From Promethearchaeota archaeon (GTDB lineage: Archaea; Asgardarchaeota; Lokiarchaeia; Sigyniarchaeales; SOKP01): a stretch of DNA of 64,000 bases. The stretch's first letter is position 1. Every line of letters begins with the position of its first letter. The stretch is taken from assembly GCA_011364925.1 (NCBI GenBank), contig RDOA01000005.1:32001-96000 (forward strand). Direction: 5' to 3'. Below the pieces are notes generated by a model. That model was not told the DNA's origin and ran no database searches. It saw only the letters and a program-made list of their open reading frames with translations. Both the position numbers and the translations under genes were made by a program. Shown piece after piece: positions 9,686-19,622 of this stretch.

Positions 9686-10819
9686 ATGAGAAAACAAATC
9701 AAAGCTATATTAATTATTATCCCGATATTAATTGCTATTGGTGTTACGCTAACTTTTGTCTTACCATTGTTTAAACAACCTCCTACTGGTAGTAAGGGCG
9801 TTGTACGTGTATATGTAAATTCTACGATTGCACAAAGTATTTCAACTGAAATCGATCAGTATGAGCAAGATATCATGAATCAAGGTTATACCGTTCAGGT
9901 TATTAATTGGTCTAATAGTGACGTAAATGTTCTTAGAAGCGATCTAATTAATGCAAGTATTAGGCCTGAAGGATTAGAAGGTGCAGTAATAGTTGGTGAT
10001 CTTCCTGCTGCATATTTACAATATTGGGACAATCCTTGGAGCAAATGGAGGAAATATCCTTGTGATTTGTTCTTAACTGACTTAGATGGTCAATGGGTTG
10101 ATAACGATCCTACAGATGAATTATTTGATGCACATAACAATGGAACAGGTGATATCTATCCAGAAATTTGGTTAGGTCGGATATGTCCTGAATCATTGAA
10201 CAATTTGAATCATCTTACAGCCTATAGAAACTATTTCACACGAAACCACGCTTATAGAACGGGACAGCTAACAAGACCTCATTCTCAGTTAGTATATATC
10301 GACGACGACTGGTCAGCGTGGACAAGTGAATGGCTTGGTGATATGACAGCTTACACAAACATAACCTGTATTAGCACTAATGCTGTCACTACGGCTACCG
10401 ACTATAAATCACGTTTAACACACACATACGAATTTGTGCATGTTTTTGTACATTCTTGGCCATATGAGCATATGTTTGGTCCTGGAGGATATGGAACAGA
10501 AGGGAAGGTAAACTGTTCGGATATTTTGTCAATTAACACTAAATCGTTGTTTTACAATTTATATGCTTGTTCAGCTGCAAATTTTAGTAATACAAACAAT
10601 ATGGGAAACCAATATCTTTTTTCAAATAACACTCTTGCTGTTGTCGGTTCAACAAAGGAAGGCGGTATGACTATGAACAGTTATTTCTATACACCTCTCA
10701 GTCAAGGTAAAATATTCGGAGAAGCATTGAAATTATGGTGGTGGAATCCACTTCACGGTCCTAGCGATCCAATTTCAGTAGGGATGGTTCTTCTCGGAGA
10801 TCCCCTCTTAACAATTTAG
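9686..10819 (+). CDS. Peptidase C25 (gingipain-like), N-terminally anchored or secreted
   Basis: Signal anchor, AVIVGD, PEIWLGRI, VHS and YACS candidate dyad, LLGDP. Confidence 0.75.
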   Translation: MRKQIKAILIIIPILIAIGVTLTFVLPLFKQPPTGSKGVVRVYVNSTIAQSISTEIDQYEQDIMNQGYTVQVINWSNSDVNVLRSDLINASIRPEGLEGAVIVGDLPAAYLQYWDNPWSKWRKYPCDLFLTDLDGQWVDNDPTDELFDAHNNGTGDIYPEIWLGRICPESLNNLNHLTAYRNYFTRNHAYRTGQLTRPHSQLVYIDDDWSAWTSEWLGDMTAYTNITCISTNAVTTATDYKSRLTHTYEFVHVFVHSWPYEHMFGPGGYGTEGKVNCSDILSINTKSLFYNLYACSAANFSNTNNMGNQYLFSNNTLAVVGSTKEGGMTMNSYFYTPLSQGKIFGEALKLWWWNPLHGPSDPISVGMVLLGDPLLTI

Positions 10820-10901
10820 AAATAATAATCTTTATTTTTTTTAGAATTTCTATTTTTATATTACTCATGATACTCGAACAATTCCAGAAAGTTTGTAAAA
10901 A

Positions 10902-11558
10902 ATGAACCATACTCAGAAGATCCTTTTAAGTTTTGATTTAGACAACACTTTAATTAACAATCGAGAAGGAATCGTTAATTCATTTAATTACGCTCTTAAT
11001 AAATATAATCTCCAAACTCTTGATAGAGACGAAATCGAAGCCATGATTGGAATTCCTCTTGCTGAAATGTTTGAGCGAGTAACAATTGAAAATTCTGATA
11101 AACTCATAACAGCATTTCGAGAGTATTACAGCAAAACTGGGATTTATCAAGCTAGTTTATTACCCGGTGTTAAAGAAAAACTTACTGAGCTTATTCAAAA
11201 TTCATTTACTTTAGGAGTGATTACTTCTAAGAAGCAAGAATTGGCCATTAAAATAACAAAAATTTTGGGGATCTTTGAACAATTCATCTATATATTAGGC
11301 GAAAGTGATAGCATCAAAAGTAAATTAGATCCAAGGTTGAAAACACACTTGCTACAAAAATACCACGAATATAGCATTGTAATAATTGGAGATCATCCAA
11401 AAGATAAAGCTCTCGCTGAAAATATTAACGCGCCTTTCGTAGGAGTTTTAACAGGTAATCATTCAGCTAAAGTACTAATTAGTGGAATTAAAATAAAAAC
11501 TTTAGTTATAGAAAGTGTCAAAGATCTTGAGCCAGAAATGATTTATAATCTAATGTAA
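10902..11558 (+). CDS. HAD-family hydrolase (phosphoglycolate phosphatase-like)
   Basis: FDLDNTL, ITSK, IGDHPKD. Confidence 0.9.
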   Translation: MNHTQKILLSFDLDNTLINNREGIVNSFNYALNKYNLQTLDRDEIEAMIGIPLAEMFERVTIENSDKLITAFREYYSKTGIYQASLLPGVKEKLTELIQNSFTLGVITSKKQELAIKITKILGIFEQFIYILGESDSIKSKLDPRLKTHLLQKYHEYSIVIIGDHPKDKALAENINAPFVGVLTGNHSAKVLISGIKIKTLVIESVKDLEPEMIYNLM

Positions 11559-11603
11559 GGGAGATCGAGTAAATTATATAAAAAAAGTAAATATTGAAAT
11601 AAG

Positions 11604-13058
11604 CTATTCCTTCATTTCTTTGTAGATTTTCATAAATTCCTCAGGTTTCCATTGTTCTTTCATGTACTTTCCAATTCCAGAACTATCCCGAGGTCCTACT
11701 ACAACGTAGGCATCAGCTTCGTCTTCTAAAGCCCCACTCAACCGTGCGGCCATTCCAGGAATTATAAGAATGCGATGTTTCACCTTATCAAATACTCCGA
11801 ACTCTTTAACTGCTTCTGCGATGGCACCCGCACTAAACTGGCCACCAGCTACCGCTGATTCAATTCCAATACCTTCTGAATCCACAACAAGAAGATATGC
11901 GTTAACATTCGCGCCTTTAATATCTATTTCTACGGGAATTTTGGTTAAACGGTAATTTGATGTCACAAAAATCGGAGACATATCGTTTGGCTCTCCAATT
12001 TCGTATATGCCAGCATCAACCGATGGATAAATACGTGGATCGCTAAATATGCTCTGTCTTAGCGTCATAATAGCTAATAAAGCCCAGATTTCTTCTTTTG
12101 TCTTTCCGCTGTGAAGAACAAGAAGACTCGTATCAATTGATTCCATAATCGCTGCCATTATGATTTCTTGATATTGATGTTCCCAGAGTTCTTTACCATC
12201 GTTTGTATCCACTTGGCTCCAATAAGCTGCTGGAACTCCCATGACGGGAAAACCTGCATTTGTGTCTTCTTTATCAATCGCAGCAACTCTCAACTGCATT
12301 ATGTTATCGTAAGTCAAGGCTAAATTTCCTGGACCAAAAACAGTCATAGCATCCAATACGATATCCTTTACTCCAAGTTTCTGTAGGGAAGCACTTAAAG
12401 ACATCAACTCATCTAGATTGTTCGAAACTGCTACCAATGGTAAATTGTTCTGAATCGCAAATTTGCCAACTTGTTCCCAAGAGGCCTTTGTAGCTGCGTA
12501 AAGTAAAGGTCTCAGCTGCTTAATCCCTTCAGCACCAGCGAGTAAAATTTCTGGATTCATACACGCAAGCATTATTGGTAGAGGTGATACTTCACTAAGC
12601 CTTTTTGCAGCAAGTTTAAATTGTTCAGCGTCTCCTGAAACGCATCTTAACGCAATTCCGTTTACTCTTAAAACATCCCCCATTCTCTCTACAACTAAAT
12701 CCGACAAGTATTTAGCTGTTGTTTCTAGATCTGGATCATCGTCGGCAATTTCTATGAATATCGCAGTTTCATTATAATACGTAAGTTGGTGACGATTAAG
12801 AACTTCCTCACCACCAACTATACATTTTCGATCACCGACTCCAACTATTATCGCCTTTTGTGGAGGAGCAACAAGAGCGATTAGTTTATCGCGTTTAGTT
12901 GCTTGTTTAGGATCTTGCATCAGGTGAGTACAATCTTGAACTGTGACTTTCCGTTCAAGTAAATCTGTAGAAAATGCCATGCACGTGTCTCGCCCACAGT
13001 CTTGGCAATTACTTTTGTCTAAAAGAGCATAAATTTCTAATGGACTAGGTCTACCCAT
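11604..13058 (-). CDS. cdhE: Acetyl-CoA decarbonylase/synthase gamma subunit (corrinoid Fe-S protein large subunit)
   Basis: NCQDCGRDTCMAF...C 4Fe-4S motif, VGGEEVLNRH, TSNY, LIIPGMAA, VGPRDSS. Confidence 0.9.
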   Translation of the reverse strand: MGRPSPLEIYALLDKSNCQDCGRDTCMAFSTDLLERKVTVQDCTHLMQDPKQATKRDKLIALVAPPQKAIIVGVGDRKCIVGGEEVLNRHQLTYYNETAIFIEIADDDPDLETTAKYLSDLVVERMGDVLRVNGIALRCVSGDAEQFKLAAKRLSEVSPLPIMLACMNPEILLAGAEGIKQLRPLLYAATKASWEQVGKFAIQNNLPLVAVSNNLDELMSLSASLQKLGVKDIVLDAMTVFGPGNLALTYDNIMQLRVAAIDKEDTNAGFPVMGVPAAYWSQVDTNDGKELWEHQYQEIIMAAIMESIDTSLLVLHSGKTKEEIWALLAIMTLRQSIFSDPRIYPSVDAGIYEIGEPNDMSPIFVTSNYRLTKIPVEIDIKGANVNAYLLVVDSEGIGIESAVAGGQFSAGAIAEAVKEFGVFDKVKHRILIIPGMAARLSGALEDEADAYVVVGPRDSSGIGKYMKEQWKPEEFMKIYKEMKE

Positions 13059-13240
13059 TTTGATTTCTCCAAACTTCTAGTTTATCTCTTTTTAAAACAT
13101 TATTTTTTATTTTTTATAATAGTTAGAGTAGTCTGGATTAACATTAAAAAGTTTTTAAAAATAAGTTAAGAGTTGGAAAGGTATTTTTAGATTTTATGAA
13201 TAAATGAGAGAACTTATGAGAAGTTTGATTTTATAGAAAG

Positions 13241-13327
13241 AAAAAAAAAATTTGCGAAACAATACAATGTTGAGCTCAAATCTTCTCTAAGTCCTCTCTC
13301 TCAAGATAAGGGGAGATTGATGAGACA
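13241..13327. ncRNA. Candidate small hairpin RNA between the NYN gene and cdhE
   Basis: CTCA/TGAG and AATCTTC/GGAGATT stems (13275-13324) followed by ACA; TATA-like motif at 13355-13348 and T10 run on minus. Confidence 0.3.
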
Positions 13328-13366
13328 ATAGTTACTTATTAAAAATGTATTTAAACTTCGAAGTTT

Positions 13367-13867
13367 TTAATATTTAATATCCTCCAATATGCCATCAATA
13401 AAGTGAACATTCCTTCTACCTGCTTCTTTTATTAATCTATGGGAGATCGAATTATAAAACCCCCAAATTTCGACTTCTTTTTCCATAGCTTTTAATTTTA
13501 TTATGGCATCTATAAAATCAGAATCCCCGCTGACTAAAATTGCTTTATCGAATGAATCTTCGCATGCAAGCTCAACAATATCTCGATATATAAATATGTC
13601 AATTCCCTTTTGAGATTTCTTACCATTAGGCGACTCTTTTATGTTTTTTGCTTGAATTACAAATCCTTGCGTTTCTAGATATTTAATAAATGCGTACTTT
13701 TTAGGTAATAGCTGCTCAGGAATACCCATATACACAAATGTGCCTAATAAGTAATTATCATTACGTAAAACTTCCCTGAATGCTACATAGTTAATTCTTA
13801 TTTTTAACCGGACTAAATTGTGAAATAGATTAGCGTGATCTATGAATATAATCGATCTTTTTAACAT
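13367..13867 (-). CDS. NYN domain protein (LabA/DUF88, PIN-like)
   Basis: FIDHANL, QKGIDI, LVSGDSDF. Confidence 0.9.
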   Translation of the reverse strand: MLKRSIIFIDHANLFHNLVRLKIRINYVAFREVLRNDNYLLGTFVYMGIPEQLLPKKYAFIKYLETQGFVIQAKNIKESPNGKKSQKGIDIFIYRDIVELACEDSFDKAILVSGDSDFIDAIIKLKAMEKEVEIWGFYNSISHRLIKEAGRRNVHFIDGILEDIKY

Positions 13868-13998
13868 AATATTAAGTGAGATTATCTTATTATATCGAAT
13901 TGCATTATTGATAAGATATACTGTTATACCTTAAAACTCAGTAAAGAATAAGAGTTCTTATATAAAAACTCCAAACTTTTTAACTCCATTTAAAATAG

Positions 13999-15393
13999 TT
14001 AATAGTTTTGAACTTTCACTTTGGTTCTTAAAAAAGCCAATGGAATTAATGAGATAATTGCAAGAAAACCAACGGTTATAATCAGGATTTCCATTTGAAT
14101 GAAAGCTGATAAGTAAGTCCCTAAAGGTAAAAAAATTACACAACTCAACGCGTAGGATATTTTTAAGCACTGGAATTTGAAAGTTTTGTACTTCCCTTTA
14201 TTAGAAATAGCCATCATTAAAGACATGTAATTTAACATCATAACCCCGGCTATAACTTGAATAAATCCCTGAATTATCATTAAGCATAGAAAATTTGAAA
14301 ATGCCATCATGAAAGTCAAAACAATGTATAAACCAACTGTAAGGGAAATGATCCGTTTTTTATTAGATAATTTTAACTTCTCTACTACTTCTTCTTGATT
14401 AAATTCCCTAATGTTTAATTGATGACGGTTTTCTGATATGATTCTCTCAATTTTCTTGTTTTTTCGATTTGAAATTCGCTGTCCTACAATCCAACCGCCA
14501 ATGTTAAGCAAAATTAATCCAATATAAAATAATGAGTATATGTTAAAACCATCTTCGCCGAATCTAGTCAAAATCCATGAAGAAAAAGGAAATTGATACA
14601 ACTTATCGCTCCAAATTAGTAAGTAAGATAAAAAAAGGAGGATAAAATTTAATATGCTAGTTCCTCTTGAACTTTTAGCCACACTCTCCGACCTTTCTAA
14701 GCTTATCTCTATTTTTTTATCGCTTTCTTTTATCAGAAGAACCGAGAAAACAATTGGAAGAGAACACAAGAATCCAAGAAAGAAGAAAGTGTTCCATTGA
14801 TCTACATTAAAGATATTAGAAACAGTAAATAGAAAAACAACTGAAGGTATAAACGAACCGATGTTAGAAGAAATATTAATTGCTGCTAAATTACCATCCT
14901 TCACACTTTCATTAATAGAAAGGTCAATTATCAATTTTGAGACAATTACTTTGATAAACTCTTGAGCTAGAAGGTTTAAAGCTAAGAAAAGACCAAAAAG
15001 ACCGATATTGCTTCCGTTAAATACAGAACATAAGAAACTCACCAAGAATAAAGCGCTTGAAGCTATTAGGATAACTCTCTTATTCTTAGAGTATCTGTCG
15101 AATACGAAGCCTAAAAACGGACTTAAAAACATAACGAGGTAAATAAACACCTGAATAAAAGCTAACTGACCTCTATCAGTCAACAATATGTTAAGTAGAA
15201 AGGTAGGGATGTATACTACTAAATAAATCCTTATCACATTTATTGCAAAATAGAGCATAAAAAATCCAATATAGTTGATTCTTTTATCGTTTCTTTTATG
15301 AATACTTCTAAAAGGTTTAAAATTCCATTTATACTCAAGTTCTGCACTTTCAATTGATTTATTCATTGTTGTTCTAATTCTATTAATAACCAT
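13999..15393 (-). CDS. MFS transporter
   Basis: About 12 TM segments; GFVFDRYSKNK and GQRIS loop motifs. Confidence 0.8.
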   Translation of the reverse strand: MVINRIRTTMNKSIESAELEYKWNFKPFRSIHKRNDKRINYIGFFMLYFAINVIRIYLVVYIPTFLLNILLTDRGQLAFIQVFIYLVMFLSPFLGFVFDRYSKNKRVILIASSALFLVSFLCSVFNGSNIGLFGLFLALNLLAQEFIKVIVSKLIIDLSINESVKDGNLAAINISSNIGSFIPSVVFLFTVSNIFNVDQWNTFFFLGFLCSLPIVFSVLLIKESDKKIEISLERSESVAKSSRGTSILNFILLFLSYLLIWSDKLYQFPFSSWILTRFGEDGFNIYSLFYIGLILLNIGGWIVGQRISNRKNKKIERIISENRHQLNIREFNQEEVVEKLKLSNKKRIISLTVGLYIVLTFMMAFSNFLCLMIIQGFIQVIAGVMMLNYMSLMMAISNKGKYKTFKFQCLKISYALSCVIFLPLGTYLSAFIQMEILIITVGFLAIISLIPLAFLRTKVKVQNY

Positions 15394-15548
15394 AATTCTC
15401 CATCAACATTGTGAGTTTAATTACTTAATTTAAATCGAACTTCAAGCTTATAAACTGCACAAAAAAGTGGATCTCAATATGTAATAAGTTAAATTAAGAC
15501 TAGATTGGAATGAAAACTCCTACTTTTCATACAAAAAAAGAGAAAAAT

Positions 15549-15599
15549 ATGGTTTTCCCGCTTTGAGTTATATGAAAACTCATAACGCGGGAAAAGCAT
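15549..15599. terminator. Strong GC-rich hairpin followed by T-runs on minus
   Basis: ATGGTTTTCCCGC...GCGGGAAAAGCAT outer stem with inner TGAGTT/AACTCA. Confidence 0.5.
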
Positions 15600-15629
15600 T
15601 TAAGGACAAATTCCGCTATTCCCAGGCAT
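15600..15629 (-). CDS. Candidate 9-aa micro-ORF MPGNSGICP
   Basis: GAGGT 7 nt before ATG; TAA abuts the hairpin. Confidence 0.3.
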   Translation of the reverse strand: MPGNSGICP

Positions 15630-15913
15630 TTACATAACCTCAACAAATTGTTAACTGGAGTAAACATAAATCAAATTAAATCGCTCTTAGAATTATTAGC
15701 GATTTTATAAAACTGTTCCATGTCAACTTTATTTTATGAACTTTATATATAAACATAAAGAAAATACAATGCGATATAATAGCAAATAATTGTAGTTTAA
15801 ATAGTTTAACAAAAAGGAAGCTATTTTTAAATTTGAAAATCAGCGACATGACAAAATATAAATAAATAGATACACCAAATAAATTTATAATCCTAAATTT
15901 CCAAAGATATTAG

Positions 15914-18900
15914 ATGAGAAAGCTTAGTATTGATTTTTTACTTAGTACTCCAGTAGAAAAGTTAGTAGAAAACATAGATTCTTTCTTTAAAAAACTTCTT
16001 CAAGAACTTGAATCTTATCTTAATTTAGAACCAATCAATTATAAAATTGAGATATCCATTAAGCAAGAAGAAGTAGTTGAAAATAAATTCCAATCAGATG
16101 TTTTCTCTATTGGAGTAGATAGGTTTATTGAAAATAATGTGCTTAAATTGCATTTTTATATAAGTTTCCTTAAATTTTTTCCCATTCTTCTGCTGAGGGA
16201 GGCATATAAATGCTTTATTCCATTCGAAGCCTCTCGGATGAAAATTATTGAAATCTTTATCAATCAAAAAGTACTTATCGATCTCGAGACTTTAAACTCA
16301 ATAGAAAAATGGAACTCATTCATTCTAAATAAACTTGTTGATTATGAATTCATATCCCATGAATATAATCGCCTAGATAATTTTTTAAAACAGGAAAGCT
16401 CGGAAAAAGTTGACAGTCCATTTATTTATTTTTTTAAATATATAAGGAGAAACATCTCGATTATTAGTGAGGAGGATCCTAATTTCTACGATGCTTTTTT
16501 TAAAGAATATATGATGGTCTCATCAAAATCTTTATTTAATGATGAAATTGTTGAAACTATTAGAGTTCTTAATAAAATTTTCAACGAAGTTCAGTATTAC
16601 ACAGCGTTATTAGATTATCAACAATATTTTAGAGAATATAAAGATAAAGGATTCATTCAAACTGATTTAAGTTTAAATAAATTTACAGAAAATATGCAAT
16701 GGATAAAGCAATTTAGTACATTATCTCCAAGTTATAGAATAAATTGGCCTGCATTGAATATTTCTTCAATTAATTGTTATTTGAAATTCAATCCTATTCT
16801 AAATAAATCGAAAATAAATCAAATTTTCGAGGAACTCCCCTTCTTTGTTCTTCTTCGGGAATCTAGATACAGTTTTGCTTATGAAATGGATGGTTTTTTT
16901 GTCATTCCTAACCAATATGATACTGATTTAAAAAATTTCTTAAAAAGTCTCGAAGAAAATGGGTATGTCCTCAAAATTGAATTTACTCACTCAAAAAAAC
17001 ATGAAACCTTTGTTAATCTGAATTATTTTAGAGAATATCATAATAGAAAGACCATAGTTAATAAAGAACATAAAGTGTATGAAGATAAGTATGAATTGAG
17101 AAATTTTTTCGATTATGCAAACCAAGGACACAAATCAAAATTAACAATGCTCGATTGGTTAATTATTGATAGAATTCGATACTATTCGCAAACTGGATTT
17201 AATTTTGAAAGAAGAGCCGGTACTCTTAAACTTTTAAAGTCAGATCTTATGAATGAGGTCATTAGTCAAAGGAAATTTATTACTAACTTAAAATCTAATT
17301 TGCTTGTTATTCATTCCTCATCAGAACTTAGAAATAATTTTTTAGAATTTATTTCCAAAAATGAATCATTCGGATTTTTCTATATAAAAAAGGCTCTCTC
17401 TAAATATATCATTATATTTAATTTAATTAAGGAAATTCTTAGCAATAATTCTTCTATTCATAATGTTCAGGAGTTTTTTGAACATATCAAAAAACATGGT
17501 GTATCTTATTCAATTGAAAATAATCTAAGTTTTAATGACAAGCTGATTAAAAAGACAATTCTCACGCATTTCCTCCCATTATATTTTAAATCAAAGGAGG
17601 AATTTGATAAAGAAATAAAGAAATTTGGTTATTTTTTGAAAATCATTAATTCTTTCTATGATTTGAAGATCTTTAACTTACAATCCATTAGAATGATTGT
17701 CCAAAATGAATCTTTAATAAATACAATCTTTAAATCAAAAGAAAAAAAATTGAACAAGTCATATGAAAGTTATGAATTATCGGATATAACTTATCAATTG
17801 GTTGAAGAAAAGCTTGATAACTTTTTAAAAGATGTTCCCCCCGTTATTAAACCTGATTTAACTATTACAATCCCCTCAATAATGACCCCCTTTTTTGTTA
17901 TATTACTAAGAAATAATGTGGACACAGTTGAAAAACTAAAAAAAGTATCTTATATTGCTCAAAGAATGGAAATCATATCCAATGATCAATTGTATGTAGG
18001 TTTACTTATCCCTCACATAAATAGCGAGGAAAAACACACACTTATTTCAATACTCAGTAATCTTTTTGAAAATAATCTACTAAATGTTAAAAGATATATT
18101 TGGAGTGGTCATCAAAGAGCTTTCTCTAGAAAAGATTTTTATGATCTAGAACAAAAGGAGTTCTTTTATACTCATGACCTCTTTAGACAATATTTTTTGA
18201 ATGTCAAAGCGCTTCTTGGAGAAGTCCAAAAACCTATCTCAGAAGCAAAATCAATACACCATAATATTTTTTGGTCAAATAGAAATGATTTAAATTACCT
18301 CATTAAATTGATTGACAACCGCATAAGAATTGAAAATATCGATTTTAGATCAACTGAATTACGATTTCTTCTTGATTTTCATAATAATTTAGATAAAATA
18401 TTACAAAATCTTGATGAGTATAAAATTGCTCAACAACAATATTTTTTCAAAAATTATATTAACTCAATTGATTTCGTGCCTTCATTTCAGCATTTTGGCA
18501 TAAGTCAATATTTCTTATATTTTTATCCAACCCACATAAACCAAGTTGATTTTAAACTCTTATTAAATAACTCTTTTCAGTTAATTAGTTATCCCGCTCA
18601 GATTGATAACTCTAATTCCTTCTTATGTCAATATCTCTTTCCATATCGTAATCCTGGTGTATCCTCATACCTGAATTGGTTAACTAAATCAAAAAAAATC
18701 ATTAGAGAGTATTGTTTGTTTTTCATTAAGAAGATTTTTCAGATATTGCATTTCAATTACAATTTAAATCCAGATGGCTGGGATCTTGACCCTAATCGGT
18801 TTAAGATGTATTTTCAAAATATCTTGTTTAATCCAGAGTATAATGTCCAAATTCCCTATTTGAAGGAATTTAATATTGGGGATTTAAACAGTTCGAAATA

Positions 18901-19528
18901 TCTTGGACCCAATTCCCCTGAATTTAAAGCGTTATCCCAAATTTATAATTGGAAACCAATAGATATAAAATCTTACATCACCAGACGCTATTTTAAAATA
19001 ATTAGCAGTTTTGCTAGTTTATTAAAAAAAGGATTAATCTCTCCATATATATCTTTAAAGAATTTAGATATTGTGGATGAAATTACTATTATTTTACCGG
19101 CTGTTAAAAAGGAATTAAATGAAATAATTCAAAACATTTTCAGCTTTTTTAACATCGGGTTCGTTTACGAAATGGAAGGGGAATATTATATTCATGGATT
19201 TGAGGATGTTATAAAATTCGAGAATGGAATTATGATTAAATTATTTTTTCCCGACTGTCAAATTGATGAGTTTGAGAAACTTTTTGACTTATTATTTGAA
19301 TACATGGAAATTGATTATTACTTAATTTTACATGATTTAGTTGAAGGGAAGGCTTTACTTAAGAACACTTTTCAGAGTTTGAAATTCTTAGATACATATA
19401 ATCCATTAACCAATCTTATCTGGAACGATAAGGATAAGCGGTGGAGAAACCATAAACTTTTTGACGAAAATTTTAAGCCTGTTTATCCTGATTTGTTCTA
19501 TGGAAAAAATACATACAAATTAACCTAA
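15914..19528 (+). CDS. Large hypothetical protein (1204 aa) with probable repeated Lrp/AsnC-like modules
   Basis: Three similar junctions: SPSYRINWPALNIS, IDFVPSFQHFGIS, ISPYISLKNLDIV. Confidence 0.7.
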   Translation: MRKLSIDFLLSTPVEKLVENIDSFFKKLLQELESYLNLEPINYKIEISIKQEEVVENKFQSDVFSIGVDRFIENNVLKLHFYISFLKFFPILLLREAYKCFIPFEASRMKIIEIFINQKVLIDLETLNSIEKWNSFILNKLVDYEFISHEYNRLDNFLKQESSEKVDSPFIYFFKYIRRNISIISEEDPNFYDAFFKEYMMVSSKSLFNDEIVETIRVLNKIFNEVQYYTALLDYQQYFREYKDKGFIQTDLSLNKFTENMQWIKQFSTLSPSYRINWPALNISSINCYLKFNPILNKSKINQIFEELPFFVLLRESRYSFAYEMDGFFVIPNQYDTDLKNFLKSLEENGYVLKIEFTHSKKHETFVNLNYFREYHNRKTIVNKEHKVYEDKYELRNFFDYANQGHKSKLTMLDWLIIDRIRYYSQTGFNFERRAGTLKLLKSDLMNEVISQRKFITNLKSNLLVIHSSSELRNNFLEFISKNESFGFFYIKKALSKYIIIFNLIKEILSNNSSIHNVQEFFEHIKKHGVSYSIENNLSFNDKLIKKTILTHFLPLYFKSKEEFDKEIKKFGYFLKIINSFYDLKIFNLQSIRMIVQNESLINTIFKSKEKKLNKSYESYELSDITYQLVEEKLDNFLKDVPPVIKPDLTITIPSIMTPFFVILLRNNVDTVEKLKKVSYIAQRMEIISNDQLYVGLLIPHINSEEKHTLISILSNLFENNLLNVKRYIWSGHQRAFSRKDFYDLEQKEFFYTHDLFRQYFLNVKALLGEVQKPISEAKSIHHNIFWSNRNDLNYLIKLIDNRIRIENIDFRSTELRFLLDFHNNLDKILQNLDEYKIAQQQYFFKNYINSIDFVPSFQHFGISQYFLYFYPTHINQVDFKLLLNNSFQLISYPAQIDNSNSFLCQYLFPYRNPGVSSYLNWLTKSKKIIREYCLFFIKKIFQILHFNYNLNPDGWDLDPNRFKMYFQNILFNPEYNVQIPYLKEFNIGDLNSSKYLGPNSPEFKALSQIYNWKPIDIKSYITRRYFKIISSFASLLKKGLISPYISLKNLDIVDEITIILPAVKKELNEIIQNIFSFFNIGFVYEMEGEYYIHGFEDVIKFENGIMIKLFFPDCQIDEFEKLFDLLFEYMEIDYYLILHDLVEGKALLKNTFQSLKFLDTYNPLTNLIWNDKDKRWRNHKLFDENFKPVYPDLFYGKNTYKLT

Positions 19529-19622
19529 TAAATGTAGTTCTAAAACCTAAGACAAAATTGTAAAGAAAATTGAAATCAAAATTTCAAAAATAATAAAATC
19601 ATTCTAATTTTATTCTTAATGA

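Noticed and set aside
11604-13058. HgcA mercury methylase
   Set aside because: Lacks the N(V/I)WCA(A/G)GK cap helix and TM domain; has full CdhE architecture
15549-15599. Hairpin as a SECIS element
   Set aside because: ATGA is present on one arm but there is no opposing GA quartet, and no in-frame TGA selenoprotein candidate was found nearby
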